Below are positions 40,496 through 50,048 of a DNA stretch of 64,000 nucleotides, piece by piece (positions within the stretch are counted from its first letter, which is position 1; each line of letters opens with the position of its first letter). The DNA lies in assembly GCA_902496455.1 (NCBI GenBank), contig CABVAY010000007.1:422-64421 (forward strand). The letters run 5' to 3'. The notes beneath the pieces were generated by a model. That model did no database searches. It saw nothing but the letters and a program-made list of their open reading frames with translations, and had not been told where the DNA came from. Made by a program: the position numbers and the translations under genes. The DNA comes from an uncultured Collinsella sp. Its GTDB lineage: Bacteria > Actinomycetota > Coriobacteriia > Coriobacteriales > Coriobacteriaceae.

Positions 40496-41854
40496 CTAGC
40501 TCCTCGAATGTGCGACAAACTTGCTGTGAAGCAGACCGATCACAAACGCCACCACGGCAACCGGCGCCCACGCGGCTCCAATGTCCGCCAGCGGCAGCGC
40601 ATCGAACGGCAGCCACGCGCCCGCAAAGAACGCATCGCGGACCGAGGTGATCACGCTCTGCACGGCAACCACACCGCCAACCCAGACCCACACCTGCGGA
40701 TGAGCGTCGCAAAAGCCGTGTACCAAACCCATGAGAACCAGCACGATGGCGACGGGATACAAGGCGTTAAGCATGGGCACCGAGAACATAAGGATCACGT
40801 CGAGGCCCACGTTGGAGAGCACGCACGAAAACGCCGCGAACACAAAGGCAAGGATCGCGAAGGGGCGGCGCATGGCCCCCTCGGAAGCCTCCGCTCCCCC
40901 TTCAACTACGTACGTCTCACAGAAATAGCGCGAGCAGCAGCTAATAAGACCGATGCACACGTTCATGCAGGCGAGGAAAAAGATCGCGAAGACCACGACC
41001 GTGCCAGCAAGCCCAAAATGCATGGAGGCCGAACGAGCGAGGATGGCAGCGCCGTTGGTGGCATCGGGCATAACCGTGCCGAGTTGCATTCCGGCAAGCG
41101 CCAGGCCGCAGTAGATGATGGCCATGAGCACGCCGGCGATCACACCCGAACGCGAGATCTCGAAGGCCACGCGCCTATCGTCGGTAACGCCCAACTCGTG
41201 GATGGTCTCGGCGATGATGATGCCGAAGGCGAGCGACGCGAGCAGGTCCATGGTCTGATAGCCAGTCAAAAAGCCCTGCACGGCGGCGCCTGCATCGTAG
41301 GGAGCCTGCGGCGCGGCAGCCGGTCCCAGCGGCGAGATCACGGCAGCACCCACAACCAGCACGATGAGCGCAATGAGCGCGGGGCCCGTAATGCGGCCGA
41401 GCACGCGCGTGATGACACCCGGGCGCAGCGTGAGCGCAAACGCGACAACGAAGAACCCGATGGCAAACACCAGACGTGCCGTGCCAAGCGAAACACCCTC
41501 GGGTAGCAGCGGCACCAGCATTTCGAACGCCGTAGAGCTTGTGCGCGGAATAGCCAGGCACGGGCCGATGGCCAGATACACCGCCGCGACAAAGAACTCA
41601 CCGAACTTGGGGTGCACGCGGCCGGCAAGCTCGCGTGCCGTTCCGGCAAGCGCCACGGCGATAAAGCCCATAACAGGCAGACCGATAGCGGCAATCAAAA
41701 AGCCAATCATGGCAAGCGGCGTGGCCGTACCGGCCTGAAGTGCCAGCAACGGCGGAATGATGAGGTTACCGGCGCCAAAGAGCATCGAGAACAGCGCAAT
41801 GCCGACGGTAACGACATGGTCGGAGCGCAAACCGCGCGGAGCGGATGAGGCCAT
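40496..41854 (-). CDS. brnQ: Branched-chain amino acid transport system II carrier (LIVCS family)
   Basis: FSMLFGAGNLIIPP motif and 12-TM profile. ATG 41854 follows GAAAGGTG. Confidence 0.88.
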   Translation of the reverse strand: MASSAPRGLRSDHVVTVGIALFSMLFGAGNLIIPPLLALQAGTATPLAMIGFLIAAIGLPVMGFIAVALAGTARELAGRVHPKFGEFFVAAVYLAIGPCLAIPRTSSTAFEMLVPLLPEGVSLGTARLVFAIGFFVVAFALTLRPGVITRVLGRITGPALIALIVLVVGAAVISPLGPAAAPQAPYDAGAAVQGFLTGYQTMDLLASLAFGIIIAETIHELGVTDDRRVAFEISRSGVIAGVLMAIIYCGLALAGMQLGTVMPDATNGAAILARSASMHFGLAGTVVVFAIFFLACMNVCIGLISCCSRYFCETYVVEGGAEASEGAMRRPFAILAFVFAAFSCVLSNVGLDVILMFSVPMLNALYPVAIVLVLMGLVHGFCDAHPQVWVWVGGVVAVQSVITSVRDAFFAGAWLPFDALPLADIGAAWAPVAVVAFVIGLLHSKFVAHSRS

Positions 41855-41873
41855 ATGCACACCTTTCGGGTCG

Positions 41874-41907
41874 AAACAAAAACGGGACGGGCAAAAGACC
41901 CGTCCCG
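41874..41907 (-). terminator. Intrinsic terminator ending the selD...cysteine desulfurase gene string
   Basis: Stem CGGGACGGG/CCCGTCCCG followed by UUUUUGUUU on the minus strand, 15 nt after the stop at 41922. Confidence 0.8.
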
Positions 41908-41921
41908 CAAGTATATACGCT

Positions 41922-43061
41922 CTAGCAGGCTAAATCGCGCAAAGCGTCGATCGCGGTGTCGACTTCCTCGCTCGTGTTGAAATACCCAAACGAGAAGCGA
42001 ACGACACCCTGACGCTCGGTCCCCAGCGCGCGGTGCATGAGCGGAGCGCAATGGGCGCCGGGGCGCGTCGCAATCCCCCACCCTTGCATGAGCGCGTCCG
42101 AGATCTCGGCAGAGTCGATATCGCCTACGTTGAGTGAAACGATCGCCGAGTGCACGGGCTGGTCAAACGCACCGTAGAGCGCAATGCTGGGGATTTCGCG
42201 CACGCCAGCGAGAAAGCGATCGGCCAGGGCGCGTTCGTGAGTCGCAATCGCCTCGACCCCACCCTGGGCCTCGATAAAGTCGAGACCAGCGGAAAGTCCC
42301 GCGATGCCATGACCGTTGAGCGTGCCCGCCTCAAGGCACGTGGGCCACCCAAGCGGCTGCAGCGCATCGAAGCTGTGCACGCCCGTGCCGCCCATGGCCC
42401 ACGGAGCCACGTCAATGCCCTCCGCCACGGCCAGGCCGCCGGTCCCCTGCGGACCCATGAGCCCCTTGTGACCGGTAAAGCACACGACGTCGAGCCCCAT
42501 GGCATCCATGTCAATCTTCGCCGTGCCGGCAGACTGCGAAGCATCGACGATCACCAGCGCGCCGGCCGCATGCGCGATGGCAGCCACGCGCGCAATGTCG
42601 ACCGCGTTGCCGGTCACATTGGAGGCGTGCGTCACCACCACAGCACGCGTACCGGGCGTGACAAGCCGCTCGAGCTCGTCGTAGTCGAGCACGCCGTTGG
42701 TATCACAGCCCGCATGCTCAACCGTCACACCCTGCTCTGCCGCCAGGCGGTTGAGCGGACGCAGTACGGAGTTGTGCTCGAGCACCGTTGTGACCACACG
42801 GTCGCCGGGGCGCACCACGCCATTGATGACGGTGTTGAGCGCCGCGGTGGAGTTGGGCGTAAAACAAACATGGTCAGCACGCGGGCAGCCCAGCAAGCGC
42901 GCAAGCTTGGCGCGGCAGCCGTGGATGGTACGTGCCGCATCGAGCGCACCCGAGGTGGCACCGCGCCCAGCATTGCCGAGCGAGCACATCGCCTGCGTCA
43001 CGGCATCGATGACCGTCTGCGGCTTGTGCATGGTCGTCGCCGCGTTATCCAGGTAGATCAT
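41922..43061 (-). CDS. Class V aminotransferase-fold cysteine desulfurase / selenocysteine lyase-like enzyme
   Basis: IYLDNAATT, PLP-lysine FTGHKGLMGP, active-site RPGAHCAP. ATGA overlap with the upstream DUF3343 gene; GGGAGG Shine-Dalgarno sequence. Confidence 0.85.
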   Translation of the reverse strand: MIYLDNAATTMHKPQTVIDAVTQAMCSLGNAGRGATSGALDAARTIHGCRAKLARLLGCPRADHVCFTPNSTAALNTVINGVVRPGDRVVTTVLEHNSVLRPLNRLAAEQGVTVEHAGCDTNGVLDYDELERLVTPGTRAVVVTHASNVTGNAVDIARVAAIAHAAGALVIVDASQSAGTAKIDMDAMGLDVVCFTGHKGLMGPQGTGGLAVAEGIDVAPWAMGGTGVHSFDALQPLGWPTCLEAGTLNGHGIAGLSAGLDFIEAQGGVEAIATHERALADRFLAGVREIPSIALYGAFDQPVHSAIVSLNVGDIDSAEISDALMQGWGIATRPGAHCAPLMHRALGTERQGVVRFSFGYFNTSEEVDTAIDALRDLAC

Positions 43062-43309
43062 CGCACGACCTCCCACATATTAATCACGGTATAGCCCTCA
43101 GTGGGAACGCCCGCCGCGGCGAGTTCGCCGCGCAGCAGCTCCTCATCGACAGGCAACGCCTTCCACGCCAAACCGCAGCCGGCAGCGACCTCCCCGGGAA
43201 CGGGAATCGTCCGCCCGGGAAGACCGCGCTCGATGCACAGGGACTCGCAACCCATGGCGGCCGCCGTGGTGGGAAACGTGATGACAAGCGCCGGGCGCTT
43301 CTCCCTCAT
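43058..43309 (-). CDS. DUF3343-type putative Se/S carrier-like protein
   Basis: 83 aa, LPGRTIPVPGEVAAGCGLAW core, paralogous to 14928-15323. Confidence 0.7.
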   Translation of the reverse strand: MREKRPALVITFPTTAAAMGCESLCIERGLPGRTIPVPGEVAAGCGLAWKALPVDEELLRGELAAAGVPTEGYTVINMWEVVR

Positions 43310-43328
43310 GGCAACTCCAACCAATACG

Positions 43329-43955
43329 CTACGGGCGCACGACGCGCACGGCCTGCTCCATCTTCTCCACGATCACGTACATGTTGGTGACCTCGCCCAC
43401 CGCAAGCTGGTCCTTAATGCCAAAGTGGTCCAGGCAGGTACCGCAGGTGAGAATCTCGACACCCTGCTCCGCCAAGCCCTTCAGGTCATCGAGCACCGGC
43501 GAGCCCTCGACGGTGAGCTTGGCACCGCCGTTGTAAAACAGCATAGTCGCGGGCAGCTCCTCCTGCTGCGTCACGGCAAAGATGAAGGCCTTCATGAGCT
43601 TGTGGCCCAGCTCGTCGTCGCCACGGCCCATGCAGTCGGTGTAGACGGAAATGACGAGCTTGCCCTTGCCGGCGCTGGCATCACAGAAGGCAGCGCCATC
43701 CTGCTCGGGATCGGCCACGGCAACGGCGCCAGAGGTCGCCACGGTCACGTGCCACTCGGCGTCAGAAACCTTCTCGACCAAGGCCGTGCAGCCCTTCTCC
43801 TGCGCCATCTTGGAGATGTTCTTGACGGCGGTCTCGTTATCGACCGAGGTCACGACTGTGCCCTCGCCATCGAGCTGCTTCAGGGCTTTGAGCGTCTTGA
43901 CGACGGGCAGCGGGCAGGCATCGCCCATGGCATTGACTTCAATTTTGGTAGACAT
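43329..43955 (-). CDS. yedF: YedF-like selenium-metabolism protein (TusA/SirA-like domain fused to a DsrE-like domain)
   Basis: N-terminal MGDACPLPVVKT (CPxP) motif, C-terminal TCGTCLDHFG. About 208 aa from ATG 43955. Confidence 0.75.
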   Translation of the reverse strand: MSTKIEVNAMGDACPLPVVKTLKALKQLDGEGTVVTSVDNETAVKNISKMAQEKGCTALVEKVSDAEWHVTVATSGAVAVADPEQDGAAFCDASAGKGKLVISVYTDCMGRGDDELGHKLMKAFIFAVTQQEELPATMLFYNGGAKLTVEGSPVLDDLKGLAEQGVEILTCGTCLDHFGIKDQLAVGEVTNMYVIVEKMEQAVRVVRP

Positions 43956-44014
43956 AGTTTTTCCTTTCAAAAGGGACCGCCCAGAACAGTAGGCGGTCGC
44001 ATAAACGGTTTTCC

Positions 44015-45064
44015 TTAATGCACAACGCGAACGGCAGGACCGCCCGGCACCGGCTCGCACACGCGGCCGATTGTAGCGGCAACGCGCCCCTCGGCATGTA
44101 AACGACGCGCAAGCTCATCCGCATCCGCCGCGGGCGCCGCAATAAGCAAACCGCCCGAAGTCTGCGGATCGTACAGCGCATCCAGCATGCCCGGCTCCAG
44201 GTCATCGTCGGCAGCTACACGCGGGCCAAAGAAGTCCTGGTTGCGGTAGGAGCCCGCGGGGATAATGCCCAGACGCGCCATGTCGAGCACCTGGTCAAAG
44301 AGCGGCACCGCCCCCGACGCGAGCTCGATTTGCACGCCCGAGCCCTCGGCCATCTCGCACGCATGCCCGATCAGACCAAAGCCCGTAATGTCGGTGCAGC
44401 CGTGAAGCTCAAGTCCCTCGGCCAGACGAATCGGAGCCTCGTTGAGGGTGCGCATCGAGTCAAACATGGCTGCGGCCTCGTCCTGCTCGATGAGCTCGCC
44501 CTTAATGGCCGTGGTGATAATGCCCGAGCCGATCGCCTTGGTCAGCAGCAGAACATCGCCCACGCGTGCGCCGCTGTTGGCGAGCATGCGGTCGAGCGCG
44601 ACAAAGCCGCTCACAGACAGGCCATACTTGGGCTCGTCGTCGTTGATGGTATGGCCGCCCGCGATGGAGCAACCCGCCTCGACGCACTTGTCGGCGCCGC
44701 CCGCCAGAATCTGACCGGCACCCTCGATGCCCAGACAACTGGGTATGCAGAGTAGGTTCATGGCATGGCTCGGCCGCCCGCCCATGGCGTAGATGTCCGA
44801 CAGCGAGTTGGCCGCGGCAATCTGGCCAAACAGAAACGGATCGTCGACCATCGGCGGGAAGAAGTCGATGGACTGCACAAGCCCCAGGTTCTCCCCTACG
44901 CGGAAGACGCTCGCATCGTCAGAGGTATCGAACCCCACGAGCAAGTTGTCGTTATGCACATTTGGCAAGTCGCCCAGGACCTGGGCGAGGGCTCCAGGAG
45001 CCAACTTAGCGGCTCAACCGCTCGCGGCCGTCATAGACGTGAGCCTAATCTGATCGTCAGCCAT
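44015..45064 (-). CDS. selD: Selenide, water dikinase (selenophosphate synthetase), selenocysteine-containing (UGA at 45014-45016 = codon 17)
   Basis: An AGGAGG-preceded ATG at 45064 gives MADDQIRLTSMTAASG-U-AAKLAPGAL. U17/K20 occupy the positions of E. coli SelD C17/K20. The ORF track starts only after the UGA. Confidence 0.9.
44970..45013 (-). promoter_or_regulatory. Putative SECIS region of selD
   Basis: The 8-bp stem UCGCCCAG/CUGGGCGA with a GUC loop starts 26 nt 3' of the UGA. Confidence 0.45.
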
Positions 45065-45134
45065 CGATACCTCCTCTCATCGGTCAATCATTTTCTCCCA
45101 GTATACGCATGAATGCGAGCCTGCGGCGGATGCA

Positions 45135-45899
45135 TTAATTGAGCGCCTGTGCGCGAATCGCCGCGCCAATCGCTCCGGCAAAGCGAGCCTGGGGCGAGGT
45201 GGTCACCGGCGACCCCAGCAGCTCGCCCAACCGCTCCACCACGAAGGCGTTCTCGCACAGGCCACCGGTCAGGTAGTACGGGGCGCCCGCGGCCTGCCCG
45301 GCCATGGTCGCCACGCGCGAGACCACGCTGTCGATCACGCCACGTGCAATGTTCTCGCGCGGCTCACCGCGACCGATCAGGCTGATGACCTCGCTTTCGG
45401 CAAACACCGTGCACATGCTGCTGATCTTGGTGGGCTCACCGGAACGCGCAAGGTCGGCCATCTGCTGTTGGGAAATACCCAGACGGTCGGCCATGATCTC
45501 CAAAAAGCGCCCCGTACCGGCAGCGCACTTGTCGTTCATGGCGAACTTGGCCACGCGGCCACTTTTAAGCTGAATGACCTTGGTGTCCTGGCCGCCCACG
45601 TCAATCACCGTGCCGTGATCGCCAAACAGGCGCACGGCACCGGTGCCGTGGCAGGTGATCTCGGTCACGACCTTGTGCGCATAGGGCACGGCGACACGGC
45701 CGTAGCCGGTCGCGATCACGCGCACGTCGTCGGCAGCCACGTCATAGTCGGCTGAAGCGAGCTCGCCGCGCAAGCGCTCGGCCGCATCGACCGACGAATA
45801 CCCCGTCGGCATGACGCAGGTCCACGCAATGGCGCCGTCCGTCTCCACCACTGCAGCCTTCGCGGCCGTCGAGCCTATGTCGATACCAATGCCAACCAC
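45135..45899 (-). CDS. BadF/BcrA/HgdC-type ATPase ([4Fe-4S] activase of 2-hydroxyacyl-CoA dehydratase-like enzymes)
   Basis: GIDIGSTAAKA, DVGGQDTK, cluster cysteines in NDKCAAGTGRFLE and MCTVFAESEV. GTG start 5 nt after AGGAGG. Confidence 0.88.
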   Translation of the reverse strand: MVGIGIDIGSTAAKAAVVETDGAIAWTCVMPTGYSSVDAAERLRGELASADYDVAADDVRVIATGYGRVAVPYAHKVVTEITCHGTGAVRLFGDHGTVIDVGGQDTKVIQLKSGRVAKFAMNDKCAAGTGRFLEIMADRLGISQQQMADLARSGEPTKISSMCTVFAESEVISLIGRGEPRENIARGVIDSVVSRVATMAGQAAGAPYYLTGGLCENAFVVERLGELLGSPVTTSPQARFAGAIGAAIRAQALN

Positions 45900-45949
45900 G
45901 GCATCCTCCTTCTATGCGGCAAAGCAACTATCCCTTTGCCGCATTTGTC

Positions 45950-47113
45950 CTACAGGGTTTCGATGAAGGCGGCGATGCGCGTCTCGATCTGGCCCATGTC
46001 ACCGTTGCTGTAGTCGGTCTCGATCTTCATATACGGAATACCCGCGCCCTCGACAGCCTCCTGCATGCGCGCACTCTCCACGTTAAAGGTGTGGCACGCC
46101 TGGAGCACATTCTCCACCACACCGTCGACGTGGTATTTCTCGCACATGGCCAGGGTGTTGTCCATACGACCGTCGTTGGGCGTCATGACCGAGCAGTTGA
46201 TATCCAGGTAGCGGTCGGCGATAGCACGCAGGATGTCGGGAGCCTCCGGGTCGATCATCATGGCCGCCGTGCGCTCTCCCGAGCAGTCGTCCATACACAC
46301 GACCACGCCGCCGTTGGACTCGATGGTGCGACCGATCTTGTTGATCACGCCGCCCACCGGGCAGCCGGTGATCAGAATGCGCTTGGCATCCGCCGCGACC
46401 GGGCGCTCGCCCGCGTCGTAGGCCTCGCGCAGCTTGGCAACCTTTTGCTCCAGCTGCTGCGTATAGGCCTCGATATCAAAGCTGAACGTACCGGCAAACA
46501 TGGTGCTCATCAGGTCGACGCCGCTCATGGCCGCCGGCTGGTTGGCCTGCAGCGCAAACATCTCGAGCTGGGCCGCACGCAAGCGGTTGCGACGACGGAC
46601 GGCAGCGCGAAGGTCATCGTCGGTAATCGTGATGCCGTAGAAGCCCTCGAGCTCCTCTTTGAGCAGGCGGCACTCCTCGTACCAACCTTCACGCTCGTAG
46701 GCGCGGTCGCGGCTCTGCGGAAGATGTAGGATGTGCGTGCGCTTGAGCTCGTTGAGTAGCTCGTACATCTTCTTCTTACCGTCGCAGGTGGTCTCACCGA
46801 TGATCATGTCGCTAAAGTACGTAAACGGGCACTTTTGCGAATAGGCAAAACCGTACGTCGACTTGATGAGCGGGCACAGGTTTGCTGGCAGCACCTTCTC
46901 GGCCTCGGGAATCACCTCGTCGGATGTGCCGCACAAGGCCACGCTTGCAGCGCCCGCGGCATCGATAATCTCGAGTGGCGTATAGCTGCACAAAAAGCCG
47001 ACCAGGCGATTGCCGGCCTGTTTGTAATCCTTAACGCGAATAAACGCCGCCTTGCGTTGCTCGTTGAACTCCTCAAACGTGGACGGCAACGGCTGTTCAA
47101 TATTTTCCGGCAT
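45950..47113 (-). CDS. HGD-D family protein (2-hydroxyacyl-CoA dehydratase / double-cubane-cluster-protein-like), paralogue 2
   Basis: 387 aa from ATG 47113 (AGGAG Shine-Dalgarno sequence). Motifs [27 protein letters not shown]. Colinear with 47262-48545. Confidence 0.8.
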   Translation of the reverse strand: MPENIEQPLPSTFEEFNEQRKAAFIRVKDYKQAGNRLVGFLCSYTPLEIIDAAGAASVALCGTSDEVIPEAEKVLPANLCPLIKSTYGFAYSQKCPFTYFSDMIIGETTCDGKKKMYELLNELKRTHILHLPQSRDRAYEREGWYEECRLLKEELEGFYGITITDDDLRAAVRRRNRLRAAQLEMFALQANQPAAMSGVDLMSTMFAGTFSFDIEAYTQQLEQKVAKLREAYDAGERPVAADAKRILITGCPVGGVINKIGRTIESNGGVVVCMDDCSGERTAAMMIDPEAPDILRAIADRYLDINCSVMTPNDGRMDNTLAMCEKYHVDGVVENVLQACHTFNVESARMQEAVEGAGIPYMKIETDYSNGDMGQIETRIAAFIETL

Positions 47114-47261
47114 ATAACTCCTAAACCTTTTAACCAACCAAGGAAACGGCTCTCCCAGGTGCCCGAGGTTGCCGTAAAAGGATCGCCGCGTACTTTGGTA
47201 CGCAAGCGACGGTTTGAACGGCAAGATCGGGTGCCTGGGGAAGCCGCCGGGACGAATAGTC

Positions 47262-48545
47262 CTAAATGGTTTCCAAGAAAGCCTCGATCCTGGTTTGCAG
47301 TTGGCCAGCATCCTCGCCGGCGTAGTCGGTCGTGATGTGCATAAACGGAATGCCGGCTTCCTCGGCGGCCTTCTCCACGGCAAAGGACTCCATCTCGTAA
47401 AGCGTGCAGAACTGCAGCGCCACGTCCACGATGCCGTCGGCATGAAGGTCGCGTGCCATCTGAACAATGTCCTTCATACGCTGGTCGTTGGGCGTAAAGA
47501 CGGCGCAGTTGATCTTAAAGTAGCGCTCGGCGATGGCGTCGAGCATCTCGTCGACCGTCTCGCCGGACTCGTCGACCAGGTCCTTGTAGTAGCGCGAGCC
47601 CGTGCAGGACTCCTCGCCCACCACGACGCCGCCGGCCTTCTCGATGAGGTTGAACAGCTTCCAGTTGGGCACGGCCATGGGCGTGCCGGTGTACAGGATG
47701 CGCTTGGTCCCCTTGGGCACCACACCCTCGCCGGCCTCGACACGCTGCTCGCACTCAGCCGCCATATCGTTGATGGCTCCGGTCAGACGCGGCGTGTCGT
47801 CCATAAAGGCGGCCTGAACGGTCAGCAGGCTGTCGAGACCGCTGATGGGCGCTGGGTCGGCAGCGCGCGTGGCAGCGAGGCGCTGCAGGGCGCGACGCTT
47901 CTCATTGACGGCGTGGATGGCGGTCTTCAGACGCTCAGGCGTAATCGTGACGCCACACTCCTTCTCAATCTTGGCGGCGAGCTTCTTGACCTCGGCCTTC
48001 CAGGTCACGAGCGTCGACTCGTCGTGCACGTTGGGAATATCCATGACGTACATGTTCTTTTGCGTGGCAAAGAACTCGTAGGCCTTCTTCTTGCCATCGC
48101 AGGTGTTCTCGCCCACCACCAGGTCGCTCGACTCGATGTAAGGGCAGACCTCACCCAGCTTAAAGCCGGCAAAGCTCTTGATGAGCGGACAGGTGTTGCG
48201 CGGCAAGTGCTCCTCGACCTTATCGGTTGCCCAATCGGCACCCGAGCACAGACCAACGGGAATGCCGTCACAGGCAAGCACGATCTCCTCGGGCACGTAC
48301 ACACAGAACGAGCCCACGATCTTGGTGGCCTCGCCAGCCTCCTTCTTGTCGAGCATCTCCTTAATACGGCCGCTGTGGATGTTGGTGGCCACAAAGTCCA
48401 GGTAGGACGTGGACTTGGGGCGATTGTTCTGCGTCAGGAACATATCGCCGTACATCTGGCCCACGGCGCCCAGCAGCATGTCGTGGTCGGCAAGATTCAT
48501 GCCGAGGCTCTCCCACATCGGATGGAAATCGAATTCTTCAGCCAT
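47262..48545 (-). CDS. HGD-D family protein (2-hydroxyacyl-CoA dehydratase / double-cubane-cluster-protein-like), paralogue 1
   Basis: 427 aa. Motifs [28 protein letters not shown]. Confidence 0.8.
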   Translation of the reverse strand: MAEEFDFHPMWESLGMNLADHDMLLGAVGQMYGDMFLTQNNRPKSTSYLDFVATNIHSGRIKEMLDKKEAGEATKIVGSFCVYVPEEIVLACDGIPVGLCSGADWATDKVEEHLPRNTCPLIKSFAGFKLGEVCPYIESSDLVVGENTCDGKKKAYEFFATQKNMYVMDIPNVHDESTLVTWKAEVKKLAAKIEKECGVTITPERLKTAIHAVNEKRRALQRLAATRAADPAPISGLDSLLTVQAAFMDDTPRLTGAINDMAAECEQRVEAGEGVVPKGTKRILYTGTPMAVPNWKLFNLIEKAGGVVVGEESCTGSRYYKDLVDESGETVDEMLDAIAERYFKINCAVFTPNDQRMKDIVQMARDLHADGIVDVALQFCTLYEMESFAVEKAAEEAGIPFMHITTDYAGEDAGQLQTRIEAFLETI

Positions 48546-48974
48546 GACGGTTCCCCTCTCGAACCAAAAACGGATAACGGCGTTATCGATGCACGACGGA
48601 CGGCGATTGCCCGGTCGTGCTCAAACCCGGAATTTTAGGGAACCTGCCTTGCGGACGGTTATTTAGTTGTGCGTCGTCTCTCCCGGAGCCGTGAACATAC
48701 CTGCTCATATGCGGCTCCGAGCCATATACAGGGCGCGCGCGGCAACGCGGCGAATGTATGTCGTCTGCGGCATGTGCGCACCCTCCTTTACAAGATAAAG
48801 TCAACTATATCAACGGTCGTCAACCATGCGAACACCGTTGACATTCGTACGACAGCGTCGTGTGCCGTCGTATAATAAATAATTATCTTAATTGATAAGA
48901 GTTTGTCATCCCTCATTCGGCGAGCGGCAAGACAAAGCCGCCGAGGCTTATATCCCCGACGGCATTACCCGGCG

Positions 48975-50045
48975 CTATCGACAAACCAAGTGGATCCTAC
49001 TCGCATCGAAGTGCATGCGCAGCGTCTCGCCTGCTTGCGGCAGCTCGTCGACAGGCACGCCCACCTTGTTGACCTTCCACTGCAGACGCGTGGGCGCATC
49101 AGCGCGCGGCACGTCCAGCAATACCAGCCGCTCAAAGCGCGAATCGCTCACACGGGCCACATGCAAATCGTAGCTGTTACGGCCCCGCTCAACGCGATTG
49201 TCAACATGGAAATAGCTTGCGCGAACGCCCAGGTACGCCACATTATCGGGAACCGCGCGACCCACGTTAAAGGTCATGCCCCAGTCGAGGGCCTCAACTT
49301 CTTCGTCGCCGATCTTGCGCGCCCGGCTTGTATTCTTGCAGCCCGTCAGGCGCAGCGCCGCCAGCGTCTGCGGACGGCGGACCACGTCCTCGACGGAGCC
49401 GATCTCCTCAACATGCCCGTCGTGCATCACGCAGATACGCTGGCACAGGCGGCAAGCTTCGTCGATGTCGTGGCTCACGTAAAGCACGGTGCGGTTGCAC
49501 ACATCGAACAGGTCGAGCATGTTCTGCTCGAGCGCGCTCTTAAGATAGGAATCGAGCGCGCTCATGGGCTCGTCGAACATAAAGATGCCCGGATGCGCCG
49601 CCACCATGCGCGCAAGCGCCACACGTTGCTGCTGACCGCCCGAGAGGCGCGCGGGATAGCGGTCGGCAAAATCGGCTAGACCGAAAATGCTCAGATAGCG
49701 CTCGGCGAGCTTTTTGCGCGCGGCGGCGTCGCCCGCATCCTTTACACCGGCGCATACGTTATCGGCCACCGTCATGTTGGGAAACAGCTGATAGTTTTGG
49801 AACAGCAGGGCACATTTGCGCTCCTGAGGCGACAGGTTGATGCCCGCCGCCGAGTCAAAAAAGGTTACGCCGTTGACGACGATCTTGCCCTCGTCGGGCG
49901 TCTCCACACCGGCAATGCAGCGCAGCGTGCAGCTCTTGCCGCAGCCCGAGGCACCAAGCAGTGCCACACGCTCCTCGCCGGCCTCAAGCTGCATATCGAG
50001 CATAAACTCCGGATAGCGCTTTTTAATATCCAGAACGAGTGACAT
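48975..50045 (-). CDS. modC: Molybdate ABC transporter ATP-binding protein with a C-terminal TOBE-like domain
   Basis: Walker A GASGCGKS, signature LSGGQQQRVALAR, Walker B FMFDEP, plus an additional C-terminal domain of about 120 aa. Confidence 0.85.
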   Translation of the reverse strand: MSLVLDIKKRYPEFMLDMQLEAGEERVALLGASGCGKSCTLRCIAGVETPDEGKIVVNGVTFFDSAAGINLSPQERKCALLFQNYQLFPNMTVADNVCAGVKDAGDAAARKKLAERYLSIFGLADFADRYPARLSGGQQQRVALARMVAAHPGIFMFDEPMSALDSYLKSALEQNMLDLFDVCNRTVLYVSHDIDEACRLCQRICVMHDGHVEEIGSVEDVVRRPQTLAALRLTGCKNTSRARKIGDEEVEALDWGMTFNVGRAVPDNVAYLGVRASYFHVDNRVERGRNSYDLHVARVSDSRFERLVLLDVPRADAPTRLQWKVNKVGVPVDELPQAGETLRMHFDASRIHLVCR

Positions 50046-50048
50046 GGC

